A DNA stretch of 64,000 nt from a virus. Positions within the stretch are counted from its first letter, which is position 1. The number at the start of each line of letters is the position of its first letter. This document shows, in pieces, positions 20,664 to 30,677 of the stretch. The stretch covers positions 39,510-103,509 of the IMG/VR virus record IMGVR_UViG_2716884767_000001, one strand, 5' to 3'. A program made the position numbers and the translations under genes. Below the pieces are notes generated by a model that was given only the letters and a program-made list of their open reading frames with translations, searched no databases and had not been told where the DNA came from.

Positions 20664-21380
20664 GTGGATAAAAAAGAAGTAGATGAGAAGACAGGATTGT
20701 GGAAAGAACCCGATCCTGTCGAACATTCAGATTATTATTACGATTATAAACGTAATGATCCGAATGCAGAAAATCCTTTTACTGATCCTGCAGATCGAGC
20801 AAGAGCAGAAAGAGTAGTTAGCAACATTGATAAAGATCTAGAGTGGATAGAAAAGTCTGGTGGATTTGAGTGGACACCAGGTTCACCTTGGCCACCTTCT
20901 GATCCAGAGGAAGATGATCTTGATTATGATATAGATCTATCCACAATAGATGATCAGTATTCACATCATTTTACTAATGCCAATTCACCATATAATGATG
21001 GGTGGACTCAAGAATTTCACAAAAGAGAATTAGAAAAAATGGATTACAAACCACAAAGAAATCATCAATACAAATATCATGAACAGGAAATTCTAAAAGA
21101 TATTGAAGAATATGTTTCTAATACTTACAATGGACATTATACAGGAACGAAACATGAGTTTCGTAAAGTTCAAACAATTGATTTAATGGCAGCAAGAGAT
21201 ATTGCAGCACAATTCTGCCAAGCAAATATATTGAAGTATGGAAGTCGTTATGGAAGTAAAGATGGGAGAAATAAAAAAGACTTGTTAAAAGTTATACACT
21301 ATGCTATGCTGTTATTACACTTTGATGGACATTATGGAGAACCATCCATGCCATCTGGAAACTTTGATCAAATGCCTTAA
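20664..21380 (+). CDS. hypothetical protein: acidic N-region, DUF3310-like C-domain (start uncertain)
   Basis: C-term HY...QANILKYGSRYGSKDG...DLLKVIHYA; AAGGAG upstream of in-frame GTG 20664; ATG 20601 is the alternative. Confidence 0.65.
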   Translation: MDKKEVDEKTGLWKEPDPVEHSDYYYDYKRNDPNAENPFTDPADRARAERVVSNIDKDLEWIEKSGGFEWTPGSPWPPSDPEEDDLDYDIDLSTIDDQYSHHFTNANSPYNDGWTQEFHKRELEKMDYKPQRNHQYKYHEQEILKDIEEYVSNTYNGHYTGTKHEFRKVQTIDLMAARDIAAQFCQANILKYGSRYGSKDGRNKKDLLKVIHYAMLLLHFDGHYGEPSMPSGNFDQMP

Positions 21381-22066
21381 TGATGAAATTACGTGAATCT
21401 ATGAAATTAACAGACAGCACTTTAACTGTTCTAAAAAACTTTGCAGGAATTAATAATTCAATACTTGTAAAGAAAGGAAATAAACTTCGCACAATATCAG
21501 TTGCTAAAAATATTTTAGCAGAGGCAGATATATCTGAGGATTTTCCAAAAGATGTTGCAATATATGATCTTAATCAATTTTTAAATGGATTGAGTCTTCA
21601 TCAGGATCCTAATTTAGATTTTAGTGAGGAATCATATTTAACTATTCGTGAGGGTAAGAGAAGGGTAAAGTATTTTTATGCTGATCCGCAGGTCATTATT
21701 TCACCACCAGAAAAAGAAATAACTCTTCCAACTGAGGATGTTTGTTTTCAGTTAGAGAGTGTTACTCTAGAGAAATTACTTAAGGCAGCAGCAGTTTATC
21801 AATTGCCAGATTTAGCAGCAGTTGGTGAGGCAGGTGTTGTTAAACTTGTTGTTCGTGATAAAAAAAATGATACATCAAATGAATTTGCAGTTGTTGTTGG
21901 TGAAACTGATAGAGACTTTACTTTTAATTTTAAAGTAGAAAATATCAAGATAATACCTGGTGCTTATGATGTTGTCATATCATCTAAACTTCTTGCAAAA
22001 TTTACTAATTCGAATTATAATTTAATTTACTACATAGCATTGGAACCAGACTCTTCTTTTGGATAA
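21380..22066 (+). CDS. g45: sliding clamp gp45
   Basis: LKNFAGINNSIL, IYDLNQFL, YYIALEPDS. Confidence 0.96.
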   Translation: MMKLRESMKLTDSTLTVLKNFAGINNSILVKKGNKLRTISVAKNILAEADISEDFPKDVAIYDLNQFLNGLSLHQDPNLDFSEESYLTIREGKRRVKYFYADPQVIISPPEKEITLPTEDVCFQLESVTLEKLLKAAAVYQLPDLAAVGEAGVVKLVVRDKKNDTSNEFAVVVGETDRDFTFNFKVENIKIIPGAYDVVISSKLLAKFTNSNYNLIYYIALEPDSSFG

Positions 22067-22239
22067 TGAAGTATCATTTATACGACGAAAAGGAAAGGCA
22101 TCAAGGTCGATTTGATTCAATCGAACAATTGAGAAATTTTTTATGTGATCGTAAATATGATATAAATTGTGATAAAGATATAGGATGTACATTTGATTAC
22201 ATCAAATCTATTAAATGGTATTTTGAAATAGAAGAATGA
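22066..22239 (+). CDS. small hypothetical protein (57 aa, not in ORF track)
   Basis: MKYHLYDEKERHQGRFDSIEQLRNFLCDRKY...; TAATG coupling. Confidence 0.6.
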   Translation: MKYHLYDEKERHQGRFDSIEQLRNFLCDRKYDINCDKDIGCTFDYIKSIKWYFEIEE

Positions 22240-22322
22240 ATAACATAGGATTAGAAGTTGTCTTTTGGACAGTATTATCAGTTTATCTCTTAGCAAAGTT
22301 AGGAGTATTTAAAAAGAAATGA
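22236..22322 (+). CDS. 28-aa single-TM peptide
   Basis: MNNIGLEVVFWTVLSVYLLAKLGVFKKK; ATGA overlaps at both ends. Confidence 0.55.
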   Translation: MNNIGLEVVFWTVLSVYLLAKLGVFKKK

Positions 22323-22540
22323 CTGCTATTAATAGATGTCGATTGATAGGAAGTGTTCTTTTAATATTAGGATATTTTCTAGTTTTATATGTTGATGTAA
22401 AGTCTGGATGCACCGCTAGACTTTTTGGTAATCTTTTAGTATTGCCATTTTCAATAAATTGTAAAGCATATGATATTGCTTTTGTATCATCTTTCTTTGC
22501 AGTTATCGATATATCAAAGATTATTCAATTATCCACATGA
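22319..22540 (+). CDS. small membrane protein
   Basis: Up to three hydrophobic segments; ATGA coupling. Confidence 0.6.
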   Translation: MTAINRCRLIGSVLLILGYFLVLYVDVKSGCTARLFGNLLVLPFSINCKAYDIAFVSSFFAVIDISKIIQLST

Positions 22541-22749
22541 CTCAAAAAGTGAACTATTCTCTTACTGAGGAGGAATGGGAATGTGTTAGGGTATGTGTGT
22601 CAAATGCACCCATACCCTATGATATTACAAAAAAGAAAATACCTGGTAATATCCTACAAAAAATAGGACAACCAATTAGAAAGAAAGAAGAAGGTATTGC
22701 CAAAGTAAAATACGATTTAACACCATACGGAATACAATCTGACGAATGA
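22537..22749 (+). CDS. hypothetical protein
   Basis: ATGA-coupled ORF. Confidence 0.6.
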   Translation: MTQKVNYSLTEEEWECVRVCVSNAPIPYDITKKKIPGNILQKIGQPIRKKEEGIAKVKYDLTPYGIQSDE

Positions 22750-23021
22750 AACTCACACAAGAACTTATTGACAAAATTCAAGAAGCAATGCTTCATACTA
22801 ATCTAAAAGGTGAAATAAACTGGAAAGATGGTGATGATATAGAAGTTAATCTTGCAGGGACTTTTGCAAAAGATAAATTTATTGTCATCAAGAATAAAAC
22901 TAAAGATCCTGTTGTAAGTGCTTTACCACATCCTTTGTATGATTATGAAAAGAATGTCTTTACCGAAGATGGTAGAGAGCAATACATGAAAGAGCAGTGG
23001 ATTAAGAAGGAGAAAAAATGA
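22746..23021 (+). CDS. hypothetical protein
   Basis: ATGA-coupled ORF. Confidence 0.6.
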   Translation: MKLTQELIDKIQEAMLHTNLKGEINWKDGDDIEVNLAGTFAKDKFIVIKNKTKDPVVSALPHPLYDYEKNVFTEDGREQYMKEQWIKKEKK

Positions 23022-23170
23022 ACTTTGAATATCTTGAAGAAACAATTGTAGATCAGATTCAAATTCTTGCAGAAGAATTAGGTGGAAAAATGTCAAAATC
23101 AACACGTCACGATTACACTGGAAGAAGTAGTAAGATAATTACTATTGAGTATGATGTAACAGAATCTTAG
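23018..23170 (+). CDS. small hypothetical protein (50 aa, not in ORF track)
   Basis: AAGGAG RBS, ATGA overlap; fills the gap to gcvP. Confidence 0.55.
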   Translation: MNFEYLEETIVDQIQILAEELGGKMSKSTRHDYTGRSSKIITIEYDVTES

Positions 23171-23171
23171 T

Positions 23172-25949
23172 ATGTCAGAATTTATTCAAAGACACATTGG
23201 TCCTACACCAGAAGAACAATCTAAAATGTTAGATGATTTAGGTGTATCTACTATTGATGAACTTGTAAGACAAATCGTGCCAGATTCGATTTTACTTCGT
23301 GGTGATAATAATTTACCAGAACCATGTAGTGAACAACAGGCACTTGAAGAATTAAAAGAAATTGCAGAACATAATATTGTTAGAAGAACTTTAATTGGTC
23401 AAGGATATTATGGTACGATTACTCCTCCAGTGATACTCCGTAATGTATTTGAAAATCCTGCTTGGTATACATCCTATACACCATATCAGGCAGAGATATC
23501 GCAGGGTAGATTAGAAGCATTATTTAATTATCAAACACTGATTACTGAACTTACTGGACTACCAGTTGCAAATGCATCTTTATTGGATGAAGGAACTGCA
23601 GCAGCAGAGGCCATGTTACTTGCTCACAGTGCATCTAAAAAAGATACATTTTTAGTTGACAGTGAAGTATTTCCACAAACTCTTGCAGTTTTACAAACAA
23701 GAGCAGAACCACTAGGAATTAGAATAAAATTACTTGATTGGCATACTGTAGCAACATTAGAAGATTTTGAAGATGCCTTTGGATTATTGGTTCAACTACC
23801 AAATAATAAGGGAAGACTTCGTGATCCGAGTTCACTTCTTCGTATTGCAGATGTGCATAAATGTATAAAGATTGCAATCGTAGATCCAATGTGTCAGGTT
23901 TTAATGAAACCTGTAGGAGAATGGGGATTTGATATTGCAGTTGGTAGTATGCAGAGGTTTGGAATCCCTATGGGTTTTGGAGGACCTCATGCAGCATTCT
24001 TTGCAACCACTGACAAATATAAACGTAAGATTCCTGGACGAATTGTAGGGCAGTCTCTAGACTCCCAAGGTAATAAAGCATTACGATTAGCATTACAGAC
24101 AAGGGAACAACACATAAGACGAGACAAAGCAACGTCCAATATATGCACTGCTCAAGCACTCCTCGCAAATATGGCAGGGTTTTATGCTGCTTATCACGGT
24201 TCGGAAGGTTTGAAAAAAATAGCAGATAGAATACTGCGATATAGGCACTTGTTACTAACAGCATTGAAATGGTGTGGTATTGAGGTTGATGAACATGAAG
24301 GATTTGATACTGTAAGATTTAAAGGTAAAAAAACTATAAAAGATTTCAATGTTCGATATGAAGATGGTTGGACTATTCTTTCATTAGATGAGCTTACAAC
24401 ATTAGAAGAAGTAGCATTGATTGTGTATTCACAATATGAAGATTTTCCTTTTAATGTGACCGATATCATTAAAAGATATGAGTGGTCAAATGTTCCTCTT
24501 CGAAAGAAACCTTGGTTACAACAAGAAGTATTTAATAAGTATCAAAGTGAAACTAATATGATGAGATATATTCATGAATTAGTATCAAAAGATTTTTCAC
24601 TTGTGAATGGTATGATACCTCTTGGTAGTTGTACAATGAAATTAAATGCAGCAGCAGAACTGATGCCAGTATCTTGGCCAGAGTTTGCAAATATGCATCC
24701 GTTTGTTCCAGAAGATCAAACTCTTGGATATCAAAAAATTATATTCGATTTGACTGAATGGTTGTGTAATATAACAGGATTTGCTGACATTTCACTACAA
24801 CCAAATGCAGGATCACAGGGTGAATACGCAGGTCTATTAGCAATACAAAAATATCATCAGAGTCGTGGTGATTATAATCGAAATGTATGTTTGATTCCAA
24901 CAAGTGCTCATGGAACTAATCCAGCATCAGCAGTCATGGCAGGTATGAAGATTGTTCCAATTAAATGTGATGATGATGGCAATATAGATTTGAAAGATTT
25001 AGAGAAACAAGCACTCATGAACATGCTTGAATTATCTTGTATTATGATTACATATCCATCAACTCATGGTGTATTCGAACCTACGATTAAAGATATTTGT
25101 AGAATTATACATGAGAATGGTGGGCAAGTGTATCTTGATGGTGCAAATATGAATGCACAGGTAGGACTTGCAAAACCTGGTGATTACGGTGCTGATGTAT
25201 GTCATCTTAATTTACACAAAACATTCTGTATTCCTCATGGTGGTGGAGGTCCTGGTGTAGGACCGATTGGAGTTGCAGCACATCTTACACCATTTATGAA
25301 TCAAAGAGTTTCAGCAGCAGAATATGGAAGTGCATCTATATTACCAATCAGTTGGATGTATATTCGTATGATGGGTGGAGAAGGATTAAGAAAGGCAAGT
25401 GAAATATCTTTATTATCTGCAAATTGGTTAGCATATCAGATAGATCCATCATTCAAAGTTTTGTATAAAGCAAAGAATGGACGTGTTGCACATGAGTGTA
25501 TATTTGATTGTCGAAATCTACCAGTCACGGCAGAGGACGTTGCAAAGAGATTGATGGACTATGGTTTCCATGCTCCTACACTATCTTGGCCAGTTACAAA
25601 CACCATGATGGTGGAACCAACTGAAAGTGAATCATTAGATGAACTCAAGAGATTTGTAAAAGCAATGGAGATGATAAGAAGAGAAATCTTTACACAAAAA
25701 GATATTTTAAAGAATGCTCCACATACTTCTCGAATGGCAACGAAAAATAAATGGGAATACGATTACAGTCGTGAAGATGCAGTATATCCTATGAAACAAT
25801 CAAATAAATTTTGGCCAGCAGTATCAAGAATCGATAACGTATATGGAGATCGTAATTTAGTTTGCTCTTGTGAAGATTATTTTGCTAAAGAAAAAACACC
25901 AGTTGAAAGATTACATGATGATATTAGAAAAAATATTGGCAAAAAATAA
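23172..25949 (+). CDS. gcvP: glycine dehydrogenase (glycine cleavage P protein)
   Basis: [36 protein letters not shown]-lysine motif [23 protein letters not shown]. Confidence 0.97.
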   Translation: MSEFIQRHIGPTPEEQSKMLDDLGVSTIDELVRQIVPDSILLRGDNNLPEPCSEQQALEELKEIAEHNIVRRTLIGQGYYGTITPPVILRNVFENPAWYTSYTPYQAEISQGRLEALFNYQTLITELTGLPVANASLLDEGTAAAEAMLLAHSASKKDTFLVDSEVFPQTLAVLQTRAEPLGIRIKLLDWHTVATLEDFEDAFGLLVQLPNNKGRLRDPSSLLRIADVHKCIKIAIVDPMCQVLMKPVGEWGFDIAVGSMQRFGIPMGFGGPHAAFFATTDKYKRKIPGRIVGQSLDSQGNKALRLALQTREQHIRRDKATSNICTAQALLANMAGFYAAYHGSEGLKKIADRILRYRHLLLTALKWCGIEVDEHEGFDTVRFKGKKTIKDFNVRYEDGWTILSLDELTTLEEVALIVYSQYEDFPFNVTDIIKRYEWSNVPLRKKPWLQQEVFNKYQSETNMMRYIHELVSKDFSLVNGMIPLGSCTMKLNAAAELMPVSWPEFANMHPFVPEDQTLGYQKIIFDLTEWLCNITGFADISLQPNAGSQGEYAGLLAIQKYHQSRGDYNRNVCLIPTSAHGTNPASAVMAGMKIVPIKCDDDGNIDLKDLEKQALMNMLELSCIMITYPSTHGVFEPTIKDICRIIHENGGQVYLDGANMNAQVGLAKPGDYGADVCHLNLHKTFCIPHGGGGPGVGPIGVAAHLTPFMNQRVSAAEYGSASILPISWMYIRMMGGEGLRKASEISLLSANWLAYQIDPSFKVLYKAKNGRVAHECIFDCRNLPVTAEDVAKRLMDYGFHAPTLSWPVTNTMMVEPTESESLDELKRFVKAMEMIRREIFTQKDILKNAPHTSRMATKNKWEYDYSREDAVYPMKQSNKFWPAVSRIDNVYGDRNLVCSCEDYFAKEKTPVERLHDDIRKNIGKK

Positions 25950-25962
25950 TTTATGTGCTAGA

Positions 25963-26157
25963 ATGTGGAAGGTATGGAAGTATGCTCTTGGTTCATTCCA
26001 AGATGAAACTACCAAAAAGTATGATGATATTATCTGTATTATCAGATCCTTTATCTTCTTACAACTTGTGATTACCAATTGTTTTATCGTTGCAGGAAAC
26101 ATTCGACACTGGAACGATCATTATACACCACCACATTATGAACATATTCGTGACTGA
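25963..26157 (+). CDS. small membrane protein
   Basis: MWKVWKYALGSF...ITNCFIVAGNIRHW. Confidence 0.6.
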   Translation: MWKVWKYALGSFQDETTKKYDDIICIIRSFIFLQLVITNCFIVAGNIRHWNDHYTPPHYEHIRD

Positions 26158-26671
26158 TCCTGACCCAACTGTGTCAGCAGAAGTCTTGCCTGATAAACAC
26201 ATTGTAAAGATGCCACTTGAGACCTGCCAGATGTTGGCAGTAGTCTATTCCAAGTGGTATTTTAATTGGGGTAATGATTTACTACCTAAGAAAGATGGAA
26301 CACCTTACAACACCGAGAAAGGTGCTTTCCGTGGACATCCTTGCACTGTATGGGCAGCACAAAGTATTGCGAATACTGCTTGGTTGATTCAACATGGTTT
26401 CGGGTTACTTGAAGAGTATACTCATAGGTATAGTAAAGTGCATTCTTGTCAAACTGCAATGAATGCAGCAGAAGAAGTATTTGAGAAAAAAACAGGGAGA
26501 ACATTATTATGTCACAAAGAAGCAACACCATTCGCATTTGCAGGTCCTGATGAGTTTAAATTTGACACAAGCATTGACACTTTTACTGCTTACAAACGTT
26601 ATATATCGAGCAAACCTTGGGCTGCATCTAATTATCTTCGTGACCCATCCAAAAAACCAAATTGGTTATGA
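26138..26671 (+). CDS. pyrimidine-dimer glycosylase/DenV-family-like protein
   Basis: MNIFVTDPDP, DKHIVKMPLETCQML, HPCTVW, EYTHRY. Confidence 0.75.
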   Translation: MNIFVTDPDPTVSAEVLPDKHIVKMPLETCQMLAVVYSKWYFNWGNDLLPKKDGTPYNTEKGAFRGHPCTVWAAQSIANTAWLIQHGFGLLEEYTHRYSKVHSCQTAMNAAEEVFEKKTGRTLLCHKEATPFAFAGPDEFKFDTSIDTFTAYKRYISSKPWAASNYLRDPSKKPNWL

Positions 26672-27009
26672 AACACATTCTATTTGATTTAAAACAATGT
26701 CTAATAACTTCTTCATTAGATGATGAGGAATATGTTAAAGAAACCTTGATAGAAGCAGCAAAGATTGCTAAACTAGAAATGTTAAAGGTTGATACTCATA
26801 AGTTTCAACCACATGGTGTTACTGGTTATGCTCTACTTGCCGAAAGTCATATGAGTGTACACACCTGGCCAGAGGATGGTATTGCTAGATGCGATTTATT
26901 CTCATGCAACTCAAATACAGATTACAAATCTGTGATACAATATATGCAAAACCGTTTCCACTCAATGGAGGTTAAGAGATGGGGATGCGACAGATCTGAT
27001 TGGTTATGA
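26668..27009 (+). CDS. speD: S-adenosylmethionine decarboxylase proenzyme family
   Basis: FQPHGVTGYALLAESHMSVHTWPE...DLFSC; ESH self-cleavage site. Confidence 0.9.
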   Translation: MKHILFDLKQCLITSSLDDEEYVKETLIEAAKIAKLEMLKVDTHKFQPHGVTGYALLAESHMSVHTWPEDGIARCDLFSCNSNTDYKSVIQYMQNRFHSMEVKRWGCDRSDWL

Positions 27010-27467
27010 AAGAATTTGATTATGGACTCGATTACAAAAACATTGATTTTACAATTGAAGAGAATCGCAAACTTTATCGTATTGGAAGGGGAGAACAAGG
27101 AGTGCTATTGGTACGGCCTTACACTAACAATATATGCTCTCATTGGAGATTTGTAAATGAGTCTGTTGCTCGCAAATCTGCTGATAAGATTTATTCCATG
27201 TTCCTTGACTATAAAGACAAACAAGACTTCATTGGAATGGACATGGCACGGAAATTTCTTGAGATGGGATTTACACGCTCCCGTCGGTATGCAAATCATC
27301 CTAGTGGAAAGAAGTATGCTAAAGATGGTTCCGTTAGACCCCAATCGGCAGATGCATTATACTCTGAAAAAGCAAGGTCTGCGAGAGTTTTTAAAGAAGT
27401 AAGAGATAGGGCTGCAAAAGATGAAAAGTATGTTACAATGAGAAAAACATGGAGGTCTAACGAATGA
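27006..27467 (+). CDS. DUF4385-like conserved protein
   Basis: YRIGRGEQGVLLVRPY, DMARKFLEMGFTRSRRYANH. Confidence 0.8.
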   Translation: MKEFDYGLDYKNIDFTIEENRKLYRIGRGEQGVLLVRPYTNNICSHWRFVNESVARKSADKIYSMFLDYKDKQDFIGMDMARKFLEMGFTRSRRYANHPSGKKYAKDGSVRPQSADALYSEKARSARVFKEVRDRAAKDEKYVTMRKTWRSNE

Positions 27468-27727
27468 CACTAGGAAGTGAAATGTATGCGATAAGAGATT
27501 TATTTGTCGCATGTCCACCAGTTTATACATTACCTGGTACTTGGAGTGATCCAGAAAAGATTGCTAGGTGTAATGATACACTAATTCCACACTTTACATT
27601 TAATCCAAATTATACCTTTGGAATATCAATCGCAGTTATCACTGTTCTATTAGCAGCATATGGAATTTATAAAGGATTCTTTGCAAACAAAGGATTAGCA
27701 GATCCATGGGATGATCATGAAGATTGA
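27464..27727 (+). CDS. PsbN-like membrane protein with N-terminal extension
   Basis: TM helix, then YGIYKGF...LADPWDDHED resembling the PsbN C-terminus LRDPFEEHED. Confidence 0.65.
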   Translation: MTLGSEMYAIRDLFVACPPVYTLPGTWSDPEKIARCNDTLIPHFTFNPNYTFGISIAVITVLLAAYGIYKGFFANKGLADPWDDHED

Positions 27728-27902
27728 TACACAAGGCATGTCCTTAGATACAGGTAAAGATACTGGTAAAAGTATAGAAGAGCAACGTGCTGCTATTCCT
27801 GATGTAAAACCAAAACAAATTAATATAATATCCGATGCTTTGAAGGAAGAGTTAAAAGATATTATTAATGAAGTTTTAGATGAGAGGATCAAACATAGAT
27901 GA
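27711..27902 (+). CDS. hypothetical protein
   Basis: Coupled ORF. Confidence 0.55.
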   Translation: MIMKIDTQGMSLDTGKDTGKSIEEQRAAIPDVKPKQINIISDALKEELKDIINEVLDERIKHR

Positions 27903-28114
27903 CGGAATTGATTTCATCTAATGACCCAAGATACTTTTCACAGACTAGTGATAAACCTTATGATAGACATCACTATAAGATAGTTTGCAAAGACCATTCT
28001 TTTGTGGTACAATCTTGGGATGAAGTCCAAGAGTATTGGTGGAATAGACGAGGGTTTAATTCACCAGTTATTGAGGTTATTGACAAACCAAAATCTAAAA
28101 AAGGTTTTAAATGA
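27899..28114 (+). CDS. hypothetical protein
   Basis: FSQTSDKPYDRHHY; ATGA coupling. Confidence 0.65.
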   Translation: MTELISSNDPRYFSQTSDKPYDRHHYKIVCKDHSFVVQSWDEVQEYWWNRRGFNSPVIEVIDKPKSKKGFK

Positions 28115-29052
28115 GTGATTTTATATGGGTTGAAAAATACAGACCCAAAACAATTGAAGAATGTATCTTACCTGAGAGTATCAAAAAAACCTTTCAGGAT
28201 TTTCTAACTGCAGGTGAGATACCAAATATGTTATTGTCAGGTCCACCAGGTATTGGTAAAACTACCGTGGCAAAAGCACTATGTAATGAATTAGGAGCAG
28301 ACTATTATGTCATTAATGGATCGGATGAAGGACGTTTTCTTGACACGGTTCGGACGAACGCAAAGAACTTCGCATCTACCGTCTCTCTTACAAGTCAGTC
28401 GAAACATAAAGTCATTATCATTGACGAAGCAGACAATACCACTTCCGACGTACAGCTCCTTCTCAGAGCGTCTATTGAGGAGTTCTCTAGGAACTGCAGA
28501 TTCATTTTCACCTGCAACTATAAGAACAAAATTATTGAGCCATTACACTCTCGTTGCTCAGTTGTTGACTTTTCAGTTAATAAAAAAGACAAACCAGCAA
28601 TAGCAGCACAATTCTTTTCTCGAATTAATCACATATTAGAAGTTGAGAGAATTGAATCTGATAAGAAAGTTATAGTACAATTAATTAATAAACATTTTCC
28701 TGATTGGAGGAGAGTGTTAAATGAGTGTCAAAGATATTCTGTAAGTGGTAAAATAGACAGTGGAATACTTGCTGCATTTTCTGATGTTGCTGTTGATGAT
28801 CTAGTTAAAAATCTTAAGCAAAAAAACTTTTCTGAAGTTCGTAAATGGGTAGTTGCTAATTTAGATAACGATCCTTCTGTTTTGCTTAGACGCATCTACG
28901 ACTCCTTATATGATACAATGATACCAACTAGTATTCCTGCTGCGATACTAGTCATTGCAAAGTATCAGTATCAAATGGCATTTGTTGCCGATCAAGAAAT
29001 AAATCTTTTGGCAGCACTAACTGAAATTATGGTGGAGTGTGAATTTAAATGA
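28111..29052 (+). CDS. g44: clamp loader large subunit gp44
   Basis: WVEKYRP, GPPGIGKTT, DEAD, SRC. Confidence 0.97.
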   Translation: MSDFIWVEKYRPKTIEECILPESIKKTFQDFLTAGEIPNMLLSGPPGIGKTTVAKALCNELGADYYVINGSDEGRFLDTVRTNAKNFASTVSLTSQSKHKVIIIDEADNTTSDVQLLLRASIEEFSRNCRFIFTCNYKNKIIEPLHSRCSVVDFSVNKKDKPAIAAQFFSRINHILEVERIESDKKVIVQLINKHFPDWRRVLNECQRYSVSGKIDSGILAAFSDVAVDDLVKNLKQKNFSEVRKWVVANLDNDPSVLLRRIYDSLYDTMIPTSIPAAILVIAKYQYQMAFVADQEINLLAALTEIMVECEFK

Positions 29053-29588
29053 AAGATGAATTGCTAAAGATGATCAAGGAGAAAGGATATCGTAAAGGTG
29101 AATTTACTTTATCATCTGGTAGAAAAAGTGAGCATTATGTAAATTGTAAACCTATTACTTTAGATGGTAGAGGTTTAGCAATTACTTCTGCGATGCTCAT
29201 GGAATGTATAGATGAGAAATCTGTTGCTGTGGCAGGACTTACTCTTGGTGCTGATCCTTTAGTATCAGGAGTTGTAATTATGTCTGCACTCAATAGGGGA
29301 ACTTTATCTGGACTTATAGTTCGAAAAGAGGCAAAGGGTCACGGAACCAATGAATACATTGAAGGTCCATTACCTCCAGAAGGATCTAGAGTAACTGTAT
29401 TAGAGGATGTAGTCACTACAGGTGAATCATCAATCAAAGCAGTAAAGAGACTTCGTGATGCAGGTTATGAGGTTAAACGTATAGTTTCTATCATTGATCG
29501 TCAAGAGAATGAAGAAGCAAACACAGCATTCAAGTTAGCAGGACTTGAGTTTTACAGTTTATTCTCTTTAGAGGAAATTTCAAAATGA
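29049..29588 (+). CDS. pyrE: orotate phosphoribosyltransferase
   Basis: FTLSSGRKS, RKEAKGHG, VLEDVVTTGES. Confidence 0.93.
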   Translation: MKDELLKMIKEKGYRKGEFTLSSGRKSEHYVNCKPITLDGRGLAITSAMLMECIDEKSVAVAGLTLGADPLVSGVVIMSALNRGTLSGLIVRKEAKGHGTNEYIEGPLPPEGSRVTVLEDVVTTGESSIKAVKRLRDAGYEVKRIVSIIDRQENEEANTAFKLAGLEFYSLFSLEEISK

Positions 29589-29794
29589 AAAACATGTCAA
29601 AATTAAAACACCAAGTTAAATCAAACAAATATTATATCTTCTGGGGTGCTGCTACAGTAGCAGTTATCATTGGTCAAGTTTACATTGGAATTGGTTATCG
29701 TCTGATGACTCAAAGTGTAAATGATCTAACAGAAGTTTTCACAATCATACAAGAACAAGATGATTTGAGAAGGTATGGTGATAGATTATATTGA
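29585..29794 (+). CDS. small membrane protein
   Basis: One TM segment. Confidence 0.6.
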   Translation: MKNMSKLKHQVKSNKYYIFWGAATVAVIIGQVYIGIGYRLMTQSVNDLTEVFTIIQEQDDLRRYGDRLY

Positions 29795-30675
29795 TGTCAA
29801 TCAAATCTCTTAAGACACCATTAAGATATCCTGGTGGTAAATCAAAAGCAATCAAAACTCTTTCTAAATGGTATCCTAAAACTATTTCCGAATATCGTGA
29901 ACCATTTATAGGTGGAGGATCGATTGCGATTGATGTTACAAAATCAAATCCAGATATACCAATTTGGATTAATGATCTCTATGTACCTTTGTATAATTTT
30001 TGGGTTCAACTTAGAGATAGGGGTGAGGAGTTATCTGAAAGAGTACGTGAAGAAAAACAAAATACTCTTGATGAAGGTGACCCAGATAAGGTAACATCAA
30101 AAGCAAAAGATCTTTTCAATAAGTACAAAGAAGAGATTGATACTTATGATGACTTTGAAAAGGCAGTTGCATTTTTCATTATGAACAAGTGTAGTTATTC
30201 TGGTCTCACGGAAAATAGCACCTTTTCACAGACAGCATCTAACTCTAATTTTTCTTTAGTTGGTGCTGATAAGTTAAAAGACTTTTCAAAGTTAATTAAG
30301 AATTGGAAAATAACTAATGTAGATTATTCTGAATTGATGGTAGAAAAAGGATCGGATGATACGTTTATATTTTTAGATCCACCATATGATATTAAAGATT
30401 TTCTATATGGAAAGAATCGTGAGATGCATAGGTCATTTGATCATGATAGATTTGCGGATCAGGTTTATAATTGTATTCATAAATTTATGATTACTTACAA
30501 TGTTAATGACCGTTTAAAGGAGATGTATGGCAATTATAATCTTGAGGAATGGAAACTAAGATATTCAATGGCACATCGTGGAGACAAGGGAACAGATGAG
30601 AACGTAAAGACAGAATTATTAATAACAAATTATAACATACATCCAGTATCACCACTTGAACAATTATTAATTTAA
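29791..30675 (+). CDS. D12/Dam-class DNA adenine methyltransferase
   Basis: RYPGGKS, EPFIGGGS, FLDPPY, ELLITNY. Confidence 0.92.
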   Translation: MMSIKSLKTPLRYPGGKSKAIKTLSKWYPKTISEYREPFIGGGSIAIDVTKSNPDIPIWINDLYVPLYNFWVQLRDRGEELSERVREEKQNTLDEGDPDKVTSKAKDLFNKYKEEIDTYDDFEKAVAFFIMNKCSYSGLTENSTFSQTASNSNFSLVGADKLKDFSKLIKNWKITNVDYSELMVEKGSDDTFIFLDPPYDIKDFLYGKNREMHRSFDHDRFADQVYNCIHKFMITYNVNDRLKEMYGNYNLEEWKLRYSMAHRGDKGTDENVKTELLITNYNIHPVSPLEQLLI

Positions 30676-30677
30676 TT

